From contig NC_057718.1 of assembly GCF_004010195.1 (NCBI RefSeq), forward strand, positions 22,668,303-22,732,302: 64,000 bases of DNA, read 5' to 3'. A program made the position numbers and the translations under genes. Positions 52,469 to 64,000 of this stretch are shown here, in pieces. The stretch's first letter is position 1; the number at the start of each line of letters is the position of its first letter. The stretch comes from Chiloscyllium plagiosum (lineage: Eukaryota). Under the pieces are notes generated by a model. That model did not search any database. It was not told the DNA's origin and worked only from the letters and a program-made list of their open reading frames with translations.

Positions 52469-53248
52469 CACTGGAAAAGACCTGCTGTGATCTCCCTCAC
52501 AGCAATTATATAATGGTGCATTTGGGAGCTAACAATGCCCTTGCATTAGTTGCTTGTTGTGATTTGGCTGAAACAAGGATGACACACTCTTTGGACATGT
52601 ATTCTGTCCCACACTAGCCAAATTCAAACATTTTGGGATTTGGAAAATGCTTAGTCAATACAAGTCAAAAATGTTTGCGCCTTCTTTCATCAACATTCCA
52701 AATCACGCTTGATTAATAACCTAAGATTCCAAGCACATACTGAGCGTGGCTATTCTGGAAGTTGTGAACCACAGTGTGTTGGTGTAAACAGGCTTAAAGT
52801 GCAGCAAGTATTTTCTCACATCATCCTACAGCAAGAAGATAAAAGTTTCTCTAGTCTGCCCTGCGAAAAACTGTGTTTGTTGACATTCCCGTACACGACC
52901 TAAAGAGAATGCCAGATTCCTGCTAGAAAGGGCTTTATTTTGAATCAGTTCATTTGTTTGTGCAATCTCCTCAAAAAAGGATACTCCAGCTCTAAGATGG
53001 TTGAAGGAACTAGCATGACTATTGAAAAACAGTGAGGCAGACGTCTTGACCTCATGTGTCAGCCTCCTGCAAAGATGGACTGCATACAGGTAACAGCAAA
53101 GTCGAAATTCCAGTGTTAGGCCTCAAATATGTATGGCCTGAGAAGTTAGCATAGAGCCCTAGGTTTGAAAACAAGCAAAGTCTTCTTGTTGGACAAAAGA
53201 AAATGCTTGATTTACCTTCATTTGATTATCTGCCTTCTATCTCTTCAG

Positions 53249-53348
53249 GAGAAGGAAATGGAGAAGCAAAAGCTTCTGTATCAGCAAGCGAGACTCCATG
53301 ACCGAGGAGCTGCTGAGATGGTTCTGCAGATGATCAGTGCCAGCAAAG
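53249..53348 (+). CDS. RYR2: RYR2 exon (~ex81), 100 nt: [33 protein letters not shown](G)
   Basis: ctatctcttcag acceptor and AAG|gtaaat donor. Confidence 0.97.
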
Positions 53349-55749
53349 GTAAATGAACTAAGGGTTCTATGGAGCTTCACTGTTAAAAAAAAACCTATCT
53401 TCAACCAAAGCAATTCCCAGCACCCTATGAAAAGGCCATTAACATACCAGTGTCAAGGGTAATGGCCTTAAGTTATGAATTAAAATTCCATCAATAGAGG
53501 ATGCTGTAATTCTGAAATAAAAACTGAAAGTGTGGAAAAAAACTTAGCAGTCTGACTGGATCTGTGGAGAGAACAAAACAGAGTGAACTTTTTAAGTCCA
53601 GTATAAACCTTTATTGGAGATAATGGAACTTCCTTTTATTGAAGAGGACTAAACTTTTGAGATAAAAATGTAGATCATGCCACTACTGACAGAAATGAAT
53701 AATTCAATTGTAAACTATGACAAAAATAAAGCAATTTCAGATTTGACACCAGTTATTTTAACTGAGTCAAAAGTCATATGGTGTTTCCTGCACAGAAATC
53801 ATATCCTAATTTAACCTGAATATTTTTGAAGAAATGTTAATGGGAAAGAAGTCACATGTGTGGGAAGCTGCCAATCAACAATCTTTCCTGCAGTTTGGAA
53901 ATTCTACCCCATGAAGATTGGGGCAATAATGTCCCTGGTCCTCTGGCAGTCAGATTATTATTCAAGATACAACGCTGTGTGTCCTTCACAAAGTGTTCTA
54001 TGCCACTTCTACCATAAGCAATAAATCATTCCTATCCGTACAACAGGGGAAGGAATCTTGTGTGGCAGTGGTAGCAACCCTGTCTCTGACTCAGAAGCTT
54101 TGAATTCAGGACCTACACCAGTACGTGGATGGTTTACTCACAATGCAGCCAAAGAGGTTGAGTATCAGTTGTAACTCATTCCAACATATACCAATAGAAG
54201 ATGATGAGTGAGAGAGATTTTAGGTCAGCATTACAATGGAAAGCAGTTGGAGTCTCTCCATCACTATCCATAGCTCCAGGCTACAATTTGTTCATGAAAC
54301 TATATCTTACCACAGTGACTCAAACTCCTTGGGAAGACCAGGTTGCTTAGTTGGTAGGCAATGCAACCAGATGGATCGCTGGGGTGATCCTATTCCAGCT
54401 GGGATAGATACTTGGTCTGCCTCCGTGCAATACCTATAGTGGAGGCAATGAGGCTGGGTGGTGGATTTACTTCCAGGCAGAGAACTCATGAAGTGTGATG
54501 TGAAAATCAAAAATAAATCCCTCACAAATGTTTCTGATCTCTGCTAGTGTTAAAACTCACTGAGATACACTCATTAATGATAAGAATTTGGAAGGATATT
54601 ATTAAACATGCTCATTGTAAGCAAGTGTAGGTCAAGGGCAGCTAAGAGAGTTTCCCTAAACTCTGATCAAAGTTCCTCCTGAAATGCAGTTTGTCCACTA
54701 AAACTGGTCAGGTAAACATGTTGAATGGAAGAAAAATCTTTAAAGGTTCAGAGATAATCTTTCCTTTTCAGGCTGTTTCCTTCTTCAGTTATTTTTCTGT
54801 TCCTCGCTGTTCAAAAAAAACCACTTAACCATTCTAATCCCATTTTCCAGCACTTGGCCCACAGTCTTGTAAAAGTTGGCATCACACATGCACATCAAAA
54901 TACTTCTTAAATGCTTTGAGCGTTTTTGCTTCTATCACCCCTACATGCAGTGAGTTCCAGATTTTTGTGAAAAACCTTTTCCTCACATCTACTCAAAATC
55001 TTCTGCTCTTTATCTTAAATCTATGCCCTCGATCATTGATCCATCCATCCATCAAGGGAAAAGTTTTTTCCTCACTCCACTATCTCCGCAGCTCATAACT
55101 TTATACAGCTCAATCATGTTACACACACACACACACACTCTCCTCTACTCCAAAGAAAAGAACTGCAGTCTGTCCATCTCGATTCATATCTGAACCTCTA
55201 CGCATGGGCAACATCCTGGTAAATCTTCTGATCAATACCTTTTTTATTATTACTTGTTTTCACAAATGTTCTGCCACCCAGATCCCTGCTAGTTCCCTTT
55301 TGTCATTTGGTGATTTGGATTTTATTTAATTTTCCTTTAAGTTGCTACCCTGCAGTATGAGACATTTCAAGAGTTTTTTGAGAGAGGTCCCTGTGGTAAG
55401 AAAATTCTACAATGAGACCTTGATCTTCCCATCTTCTACATCAGTTAGATTAATCACTAAATTCCTTGTGGATTTGTTCTGAACATATAATTGTTACTTT
55501 CTTGCTGAATCTTAGATTGTTGAATCCACCTGCATTGTAATTTCTGAAAGCCCAGAGGTGAAATGTTTAACATTGACATATTTGCCTCATAATGCTGTGA
55601 AATTTGCTACCAAAACTATAAGAATAGAGATTTAAGGCTATTGCTAGCAACCTCGTGTCATTGCTCAATCGTGGACCCGCGATATTGTACCGTTGTTTAA
55701 CATGGGTTTGTAAATAAAAGTATTCAGTAATTGCTGTCATTTTCCTTAG

Positions 55750-55829
55750 GAGAAATGGGACCGATGGTTGCATCCACTCTAAAGCTTGGGATCGCTATTC
55801 TAAATGGCGGAAACTCAACAGTTCAACAG
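55750..55829 (+). CDS. RYR2: RYR2 exon (~ex82), 80 nt: (G)[26 protein letters not shown]
   Basis: cattttccttag acceptor and CAG|gtaagt donor. Confidence 0.97.
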
Positions 55830-55935
55830 GTAAGTTAGACTGAATACCAAAACAAAGGACTGATGATGAATCTGTACCAGACATTGATTATACCACAATT
55901 GGAGTCTAGAAAACAGTTTAAATGGGTAACCTTAC

Positions 55936-56912
55936 AGAACATAGAACATAGAACAATACAGCACAGAACAGGACCTTCGGCCCACAATGTTGTGCCGAAC
56001 ATTTGTCCTAGCTTAAGCACCCATCCATGTACCTATCCAATTGCCACTTAAAGTTCGCCAATGATTCTGACTCTGCCACTCCCACAGGCAGCGCATTCCA
56101 TGCCCCCACCACTCTCTGGCACTGTAAGAATTTGTATATCTTACATTATCATTCACTTCCCGGTGTATGGCACTCCATGTTGGACAGGGCGTGTGAGCAG
56201 CTTTGACACACATGTTTGAAACTTNNNNNNNNNNNNNNNNNNNNNNNNNNNNNNNNNNNNNNNNNNNNNNNNNNNNNNNNNNNNNNNNNNNNNNNNNNNN
56301 NNNNNNNNNNNNNNNNNNNNNNNNNNNNNNNNNNNNNNNNNNNNNNNNNNNNNNNNNNNNNNNNNNNNNNNNNNNNNNNNNNNNNNNNNNNNNNNNNNNN
56401 NNNNNNNNNNNNNNNNNNNNNNNNNNNNNNNNNNNNNNNNNNNNNNNNNNNNNNNNNNNNNNNNNNNNNNNNNNNNNNNNNNNNNNNNNNNNNNNNNNNN
56501 NNNNNNNNNNNNNNNNNNNNNNNNNNNNNNNNNNNNNNNNNNNNNNNNNNNNNNNNNNNNNNNNNNNNNNNNNNNNNNNNNNNNNNNNNNNNNNNNNNNN
56601 NNNNNNNNNNNNNNNNNNNNNNNNNNNNNNNNNNNNNNNNNNNNNNNNNNNNNNNNNNNNNNNNNNNNNNNNNNNNNNNNNNNNGGAACTCCACTTGTAA
56701 CTGTGCTCCAGGCTGAGTATTTACCATCTACCACCACTCTCTGCCTTCGACCGGTTTGCCAGTTTTCTATCCAATTGGCCAAATTTCCCTCTATCCCATG
56801 CCTCCTGACTTTCCGCATAAGCCTACCATGGGGAACCTTATCAAATGCCTTATTAAAATCCATGTATACTACATCCACTGCTCTACCCTCATCCACTGCT
56901 CTACCCTCATCC
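55936..56912 (-). mobile_element. CR1 LINE fragment spanning an assembly gap
   Basis: Tail (AGAACAT)n; RT reads DEGRAVDEGRAVDVVYMDFNKAFDKVPHGRL, with an 18-bp internal duplication at ~56872-56911. Confidence 0.88.
56225..56684. other. Assembly gap (N run)
   Basis: Run of N. Confidence 1.
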
Positions 56913-57527
56913 AATTTGAAGTACCTGAGATTGTAATTTACAAGGTGATAGGCAACAGAGATCAATCTCAGAGTTTTACCTTTAATTCCATGAGCTTTCC
57001 TGTTAGCTTGTCATCTCCTGAAAGTGGAACTAACCAAATGCCTCTGGAAGTCCATATGAATTGTATCCATAGATATTCTGTCTATTACGTCAGTTTATTT
57101 TCACAAACAATTCAGATTACCCATGGTTGACTTGTTATGGAATCCACATTGCGTTTCTCTCTTGTTTATTTTATTCATCTTCAATTTCTCTTGTCCCTTT
57201 GGCAAATGATGTGATTTGCAACCTACATAACAAGTATTGAACCACGTTTTAAAGAGCCCTTTTGTAGCTATTGAGTCAGTGAAAGGGATTTGAGCTCTAG
57301 TTCAGAGGCAATATTGTTACCAAGTGTGCCATAGGACCTCCATACTTGGTTCTTTGTCTAATCATCTCAAATATATTTCCTTTGACTCATCCTCCATCAG
57401 AAAATGTTTTACCTCCTTTGCATGTGATAGATTTTAATAGGAATTGTAATAAGTATTTAATACAGGACAATGGTGCAACTTCTAGTCATAAGTCCATCAC
57501 TTGAGGTCTGTTTTTAACTTTCTGCAG

Positions 57528-57604
57528 AAAATGCTTGACTGTCTAAAAGAGAAGAAGGATGTAGGTTTCTTTCAGAGTCTTGCTGGCCTCATGCAGTCTT
57601 GCAG
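57528..57604 (+). CDS. RYR2: RYR2 exon (~ex83), 77 nt: [25 protein letters not shown](S)
   Basis: tttaactttctgcag acceptor and CAG|gtaagg donor. Confidence 0.97.
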
Positions 57605-59498
57605 GTAAGGTTACCACACGCCCTCCTCCAGTTCATACTTTCTCCCATATGAGCGGGATTTTGGCACTTCCTTTAGTTAATTTTGACTTCGACAAGTTTT
57701 TAATTATTGTGGTCAGAATATGGCCAGCTTGAGTTAAATTCGATTCAGCAGTTCACTAATGATCTCACCTCTAGATCATGTTTGTATTGGTAACTCCAGG
57801 ATTGAGAATGCAATGTTTCATTTTTAAGGGAGTCTTTTTTCTCCAGGTCATCCATGACACAAAACTTGTGTTTGAATCAATCATGTATAGACCCAGAAAA
57901 ATCACAGATAAAATAACAGCAAGTGAACAATTCATGCTGTTATTAATGTGCAAATAGGCTGTTTACCGAGGCACGGAAGAAATAACCCAGGAATGGAAAT
58001 TAACCATGAGTTACTGAGCCAGTTTGGACCACTCGGTTATTAACTCTATGGAAACCATATTCTGTGCTTAATATCCCACAGAATTTTATGAAATTGTTGC
58101 ATTTATGCATTTGCTAATTATTAAATTCAACATCAGAATTTAAATCTCGTTCGTAATTACAGCTTAAATATTTGTTTAACTATGTGCCATTTCTTTAAGA
58201 ATAGTTAATCAACTGTTCTTGCTCAGCAAGTGAAAATTTTAAAATGTGGAATCTTAATACCTTAAAATAACAATTTTCAAAACGTTTTTGAAATGCGCTC
58301 TAACTTTCCTTTCTGCCTCCTTTCAGCTCTCAGTCCAATCTTTATTTCCTTTTCATTTTTTTAATACCTGATTTGATGGTCTGAGTATTGCTGATGACAG
58401 TTGTTTCTTGTACACTGTGTGCAGTCATGACAATATTAAAGTCAGATAGGTAGGACAGAGATTTGATATGGCGTTATGGTTAATTCACTAGCTAATCCTA
58501 CAATTTCTCCATACTTCCTCAGTTTATCACTCAATAATTAACGCTTATTAGTTAAGGATATCCATTATTTGACTTGTCAGTCACCAAAATCCCAAATATT
58601 CTTGTCACTGTTACCACCTAGCGGATCTGATACTAGGTGGATGAAAAAACATTTGTGATGAAGGGATTCCTTTTATCTATTCATGGTATATGGGTATCTC
58701 TGGCTAGGCATTTGTTCCCCAATGCTAATTGCCTTTGAGAAAGTGAGAGAAGGTGAGATATCAGTGGACAGATATACTCACACTGTGGTTAGGAAGACAG
58801 TTCCAGGGTTTTTACCAAGCACCAGTAAAGAAACTGCGATGTTGTGCAAATACAACTCTATTTAGGAAACAGAGCAAATTCACAGCTGTTAATTTATTAT
58901 GTGAGTTTCTTTTCAGTCATCAGATGCTACACTTACTTTTAGAAATTTGACAATAGAAACATTTTTTTACATTCTTAAAGTCTGATTTCACAGCATCAGC
59001 CAAATGTTAGATTGTGAAGCAACTATGTTTTATCATTATTTAAGTACTAAAGAAATCCAAGGTATTAGTGGAAAGTAAGTTCTCTTTCAAAACACAGTTT
59101 TTGGATTCAGTGACTTGATGAATTCACAGCTGATCTGTGAGTGCCATGAATATTTGGATCAATTTTATTGATTTGCCTTTCAACAAGACCCGACTGTGCG
59201 GATGTGCAATTTTCACAAAATATAAGAATTCGCAATGACTTGGAATGCTGTGCAGCCCTTTCTCTGCATACACTTCCTTGAGAAACTGCAATGTCCTTCC
59301 TGGTGATGATATTCTAGTTGTTAGATAGTTCTTGGTAGTCAGTGTTCTGATGTATTGCATTTGAGCTAGGGAATTCTGAAAAGTTCAGCAAGTTTATTGA
59401 ATATAAGGAGTACTGTGATCACCTCATATAGTTTAGCTGATGGTTCTTGAACTTTTTGGTTTACTGGTGGGAATGGCTTACTTAGAGAATATGCCGTA

Positions 59499-59811
59499 TG
59501 AAATCCCGTCACCAAGTCACCTTTTATTTATGTATGAACAGTCCTTAACTTTGCAACTGCCTCTTCAGAGTTAGCTATCAGAGTGGCAATATCTCTGACA
59601 CTCGCTTTTTTATCTGTCAGATTCTAGATTAGAGTGGTGCTGGAATAGCACAGCAGGTCAGGCAGCATCCGAGGAGCAGGAAAATCGACGTTTCGGGCAA
59701 AAGCCCTTCATCAGGAATATCTGTCAGCCAGGGCTCCCTGATAGGACTGGATTAACAGCCCTAATCAGAGAACTCATATTCTACGAAGTCCAGCTGGCTG
59801 ACCTCATTACA
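59499..59811 (-). mobile_element. Possible short solo LTR interrupted by the hammerhead mini-element
   Basis: Minus strand TGTAATGAGG...gataaaaaagc...AATAAA...atttCA; TSD not evident. Confidence 0.4.
59621..59717 (-). mobile_element. 97-nt PLE-derived mini-element with intact minimal hammerhead core
   Basis: 10-bp direct repeat TATCTGTCAG (59611-59620 and 59718-59727); minus strand attcCTGATGAagggcttttgcccGAAAcgtcgatt. Confidence 0.85.
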
Positions 59812-60009
59812 GCCACTGCACTCTATACCTTGACCAAGCGGTAAATGCTGAATGACTGGTATATGGCATCAACCCTGAAATCCCACAGATTTAAAATGAC
59901 TTGCACAATACAGGTGTTTCTGCATGGACTCTTGCACAGTTCTGCAACTGAATTTCAAACATATAGCTGATGAGTGATGCCTTAGGTTATCAATAATTTA
60001 TTGGATATA

Positions 60010-60299
60010 TTAAGTTAGATTCCCTACAGTGTGGAAACAGGCCCTTCGGCCCAACCAGTCCACACCAACCCTCCAAAGAGTAACCCACCCAGACCCACAT
60101 TCCTCTGACTAATGCACCTAACGCTATGGGCAATTTAGCGTGGCCAATTCGCCTGACCAGCATATCTTTAGACTGTGGGAGGAAACCCACGCAGACACCA
60201 GGAGAATGTGCAAACTCCACACAGACAGTTGCCTGAGGCTGGAATTGAATCTGGGACCTTGGTGCTGTGAGGCAGCAATGCTAACCACAGTGCCACCGT
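60010..60299 (-). mobile_element. HE1/V-SINE
   Basis: Antisense HE1 head (gctaaccacagtgccaccgt) and CR1-like tail. Confidence 0.9.
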
Positions 60300-60677
60300 T
60301 ACTCTCTACCCATTTCCTTAAGTAATTGACAGCTTCAAAAAAGAAGTGGAAAATCTTTAATTGCAGGCTTAATTCTTAAAATAATTTTTAAAAGAGGCAA
60401 ATGGTTGGAGTGAGATATTCAGGCTTTTGATATCCACCTTTTGGAATCTGGAGTCCCTTTTAAGTTCAAAGATGACACAGCTCAAAATATGCATTGTCAC
60501 AATAATGTATTATGAAAAGATAAAAAAAAACTTCTGACTGTTTGACAGCTATCAACATTTTATCATCTGTGGATCAATTGAGCATGATCGGCATTTTTAA
60601 AATCCTGCATTTTCGTGTTTTTAATTACAAAAAGATTGAAAAACATATATTTCTTTATTTATTTTTGTTATTTGCAG

Positions 60678-60751
60678 TGTACTTGATCTAAATGCATTTG
60701 AACGCCAAAACAAAGCAGAAGGGCTTGGCATGGTGACAGAAGAGGGATCAG
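60678..60751 (+). CDS. RYR2: RYR2 exon (~ex84), 74 nt: [24 protein letters not shown]
   Basis: ttatttgcag acceptor and CAG|gtatat donor. Confidence 0.97.
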
Positions 60752-61429
60752 GTATATGCTGAAACACCATTTGGTATTCTAGTCATCTTTTCTAAGCTTT
60801 CTAATAAAGTAAAGAAAATTACACGATTCATTTGTAATAATGCCATGAATTACTAGCTAGCATGCAAACACTTAATGCATTTGTATGAAAAGTCTTCCTT
60901 TGCTCAATTAACAAAGCTGTAAACTTGTTTGCTTTATATTGGATAATTCCTCCTTTAGAGATGGAAGAATTTTATACATATGTGGTAAATATTTACATAC
61001 CGGTATGGCATAATTTTAAACCCAAGGGGTAATATTTAATGACAGCTAAATGTGTATTCTTTTTAGGAATACTAATTTATAAAGCTGAACATGGGATTCC
61101 ATTCTTAGGTTTCTCTTTGCAACTGTATTTCACAGGCTGACAATAATCCCTGCACTGTTTCAAACATTGTTAAATTAATGATTCTATTAAAATGCTCAGA
61201 AATGACTAATCATTGAAATTAATTAACTAAAAGGAAGTTGCTGTCGCTGCAGTTATGTTTATATAAAGCATTTGTATTGCAATATTTCAAAATCTAGAAA
61301 GAATGGTAAATGGCAACATCTACTACTGATTCTTGACAATGATGATGATCTACCACTCTTCAGAAATATTTTGGGAATTGCCGTACACAGCTCACAAAAA
61401 TATAGCAGTCAAGTTAAAAAAACAAAATC

Positions 61430-62000
61430 AAGAAGGTGACTGGAAATTCAGCCTTTATTTCAGAGGGACTAGAATGTAAATAGAAGAAAGATTTTCTCCT
61501 TCCATCTGAAAGTCTGGTAAGATCATATTGAGAGTGTAGTGTGCACACCTGGGCACTGCACCTTAGAAAGGCCTTGGAGAGGGTACATCACATCAAAATG
61601 TGATGGGGCTGCTTGAATGAAATTATGAGGAAAAGTGAGAGGTAATTTGACTGAGCTTTTTAGAATTTTTGAAAGAGTTGATAGTGTGGTATAATTTTCA
61701 GCTGTTGGAAAGTTAATGACTTGGAAATGTAATTCGAAATCAGAGCCAGACCATTTTGGAGACAAAAGTTAAGAAACACGATTTCACACAAATGCTGATA
61801 GAAGTATTCCATTTTCTGTCCTGCAGTAGGTATTGGTTGGTAGCTCAGTTAATCATGTTATATTTGAAGTAAATAGATTTTTGCTAGCCAAGGGTATTAG
61901 CGGGGCAAAGGGGAGGAGTTTGAATCCCAATCAACCATCTCACTAACTGGCAGAACAGGTTCAAAGGGCTGAATGGTCTACTCCTATTGCTATATATTGT
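61430..62000 (+). mobile_element. Old CR1 3' fragment
   Basis: Degenerate LVRSY*ECSV.../LERVH motifs and tail caggttcaaagggctgaatggtctactcctattgctata. Confidence 0.55.
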
Positions 62001-62832
62001 TTGTGATGGCAGCACGTGAACAGATTTGTATGGCAATTCTACCATAAAGAAATGGTAGAATTAATCCATTTTACCATCAAACAAAGTAATAAATTCTTCT
62101 ACTAAAATACATATGGATGACTGCCATATCGTACATGACCACAAATGGTGATTCGTGGTCTATGAGTGTCAGAAATTCGTTCTGAATCTCTATCCTCCAA
62201 ACTGAGTAAAGAAGAACGTGTAATAGATGCACAATGCACTAGCAGCAATGCAACCTTACTTATAAAAAGATTACACATTTTACTTTCTCAGAACAAAAGT
62301 ATCTGCTTAATGTAATCTTTCGTGGTATTCTTTGTAGCCTAGAGATCAAAAGCTGAACTATTCCAAAAATGTTTATGAATACATACTTGATCTGGAAGCC
62401 TCTATTTTGCTCATACACAAGCCAATCATACTGCTGCATTTTCCATTTTCAAAGTCGGACACATTTGTTTTTATTTTGTCCTTATCATCTTGACTTTGAA
62501 CCATCCTTCAGTGTAATTTTCTTAAATACCATTCAATAGACATTGCCATTTAGTCATGATATATCTATCGCTTGTTCACTTGTTACGTGACTGTGTTAAA
62601 ATGTACCAAAAATAATGTTGTGTTTCATGAATGCTAAATCACTCACTAACTACCACTGTTTGAGAAAGACGTTACTGCTTACCAAATTCTAAAACCAATC
62701 AACCAAATTCGATTTTCAGCAGGTGGTAGGATTAGATATTAAAGAACAAAAAAGGACTTTTGAACTGCACAATTTTTTTCAAGTACCTTTTCAACAGCAC
62801 TATATATTAAACCTATGTACCTGTGCATAAGG

Positions 62833-62868
62833 ATATGTGTGTGTGTGTGCACGCGCGCGCGCATGTGT
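62833..62868 (+). repeat. Alternating purine-pyrimidine (TG)n/(CG)n tract
   Basis: atatgtgtgtgtgtgtgcacgcgcgcgcgcatgtgt, 36 bp of uninterrupted alternation. Confidence 0.9.
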
Positions 62869-63203
62869 TTGTTTGTTGAAAAAAGGTAATTATGTGTTGA
62901 ATTGTTCATTTTGAATTCATTGCATAAATAAATGTTCAACACAGGGTTTGTTAGTTATTGAAAAATATTTTTTAAAATAACATAAACCCTTTGTTACTAA
63001 TTAAATATGAACTAAGAAGATGTGTATAATTATGTTTCTTTAATATATGGTTTTATTTTCGTGTGACTTTTACAATTCTGTTTTCCCCTCTTTCAACCTA
63101 CCCGATTCTTATAAAATTTAGAACGAAGTTGAGTATAATTTCTAATACCTAACCTCATCTTTTTTTTCTTTTGATTTCAATTGTTCTGTCTTCCCCTCCT
63201 CAG

Positions 63204-63221
63204 TCATCACTCATGAGCGCG
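63204..63221 (+). CDS. RYR2: RYR2 18-nt alternative microexon (V)ITHER(G), positional homologue of RyR1 ASII (VINRQN)
   Basis: ctaac branch point at 63149-63153, ~70-nt AG-free pyrimidine-rich tract, cag|TCATCACTCATGAGCGCG|gtaatt. Phase 1-1 matches the upstream donor at 60751. Confidence 0.85.
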
Positions 63222-64000
63222 GTAATTATAACTCTGCCATTTCCTTTGTTACCTTGTGTCAGCACTGTACAGGTCCTGAACTCTGCCAATTTGCACTCTT
63301 TAGACATAGTTGTTAATACAAAAAAACAACATATATTTTTGTTTGTTTCTGCTTTAGAAAAGTTTAAGCCTTTTAGCCAACTTCACACCTGTTTTGCCTC
63401 TCTCTCAGGATTTGCACAGTAACTGGCACACTAGATGTAAGAATTGTGAGCCGTTAAGTGGCAGTGATGCGGTGGTTGGATGTGCCAAACTGTGGTGTAC
63501 AGTTACTGTAGTATTTGTTGTGTATTCAATGTGGCTTTATGGCTGCACCTGTCGATGTGCAAGTAACAACTAAAAGACTTTTAGTGTTAAATTTTGTACC
63601 TAATTTAATTTTTCAGTTGCTTTAAAAACTAAAATGCAATGGCGCTGGTTATTTGTTGTGATGCAGATGACATTTTTTGTGTGAGTTTACTGTGTGTTTT
63701 ACTATCTACCCTATTTTGCAACTGGGTTCCTTTGCATATCTTGCAATGTGAAGTTCAGGCAGAAAAGCCTTTGTATTGTTTTGGCTATTTAGGTTCAGCC
63801 TGTTAAACATAAAACTCCAGAAATCAGAATTGCATACTGGTTGCAGAAATGGAAAAATGTTTCATAACACAGACTGGAGATACTAGTCTTAAGAAAAGAA
63901 CGGTCAATTAGTTCTCAGTCAAAGTTTCCAAAGTGCGGATGCTGTTTTGCAAGGGTCTAATTTCATTGACCATGTTGAGAATTGTAGTCAACAAGAAAAG

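Larger units (their letters stand above)
2190..63221 (+). other. RYR2: Ryanodine receptor 2 gene, internal portion (gene extends beyond both window ends)
   Basis: 17 exons plus one microexon with canonical AG/GT ends and compatible phases. The translation matches RyR2-type sequences ([92 protein letters not shown]) better than RyR1 or RyR3. Confidence 0.96.

Noticed and set aside
51760..52980. Minus-strand coding-like sequence split by the HE1 SINE (ORF 51997..52215 and upstream frames)
   Set aside because: Several stops and no recognisable motif; possibly an old transposon or pseudogene, but not assignable by eye.
8105..60299. tRNA-like A/B-box sequences (tggcacagtggttagc...gggttcaattccc)
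   Set aside because: These are heads of tRNA-derived SINEs, not tRNA genes.
1..64000. CRISPR arrays, operons or other prokaryotic systems
   Set aside because: The window is vertebrate intron/exon DNA with no regularly spaced repeat-spacer array.

Overview
Eukaryotic genomic DNA, very probably from a cartilaginous fish (shark), judged from HE1/V-SINEs, Deu-SINEs and shark-type CR1 LINEs. The whole window lies inside a + strand ryanodine receptor 2 gene (RYR2). Seventeen GT-AG exons (2190-60751) splice into one open frame of about 664 codons, from ...[12 protein letters not shown] to ...GMVTEEGS. They match human RYR2 exons ~67-74 and 76-84 (numbering recalled) and include the calmodulin-binding segment [23 protein letters not shown]. 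An 18-nt microexon (VITHER, 63204-63221) sits at the position of the RyR1 ASII exon, and three weaker candidate cassette exons were found. The introns are full of CR1 LINE fragments, HE1 SINEs, solo LTRs, a decayed Harbinger transposase and several Penelope-like (PLE) families. The most unusual signal is in these PLE-derived elements: they carry minimal type-I hammerhead ribozyme cores (CUGAnGA-stem II-GAAA-NUH), including a 97-nt TSD-flanked mini-element and fold-back copies. There are three assembly gaps. Most ORFs in the supplied track are retroelement fragments or noise. All calls were made by eye; repeat boundaries are approximate.
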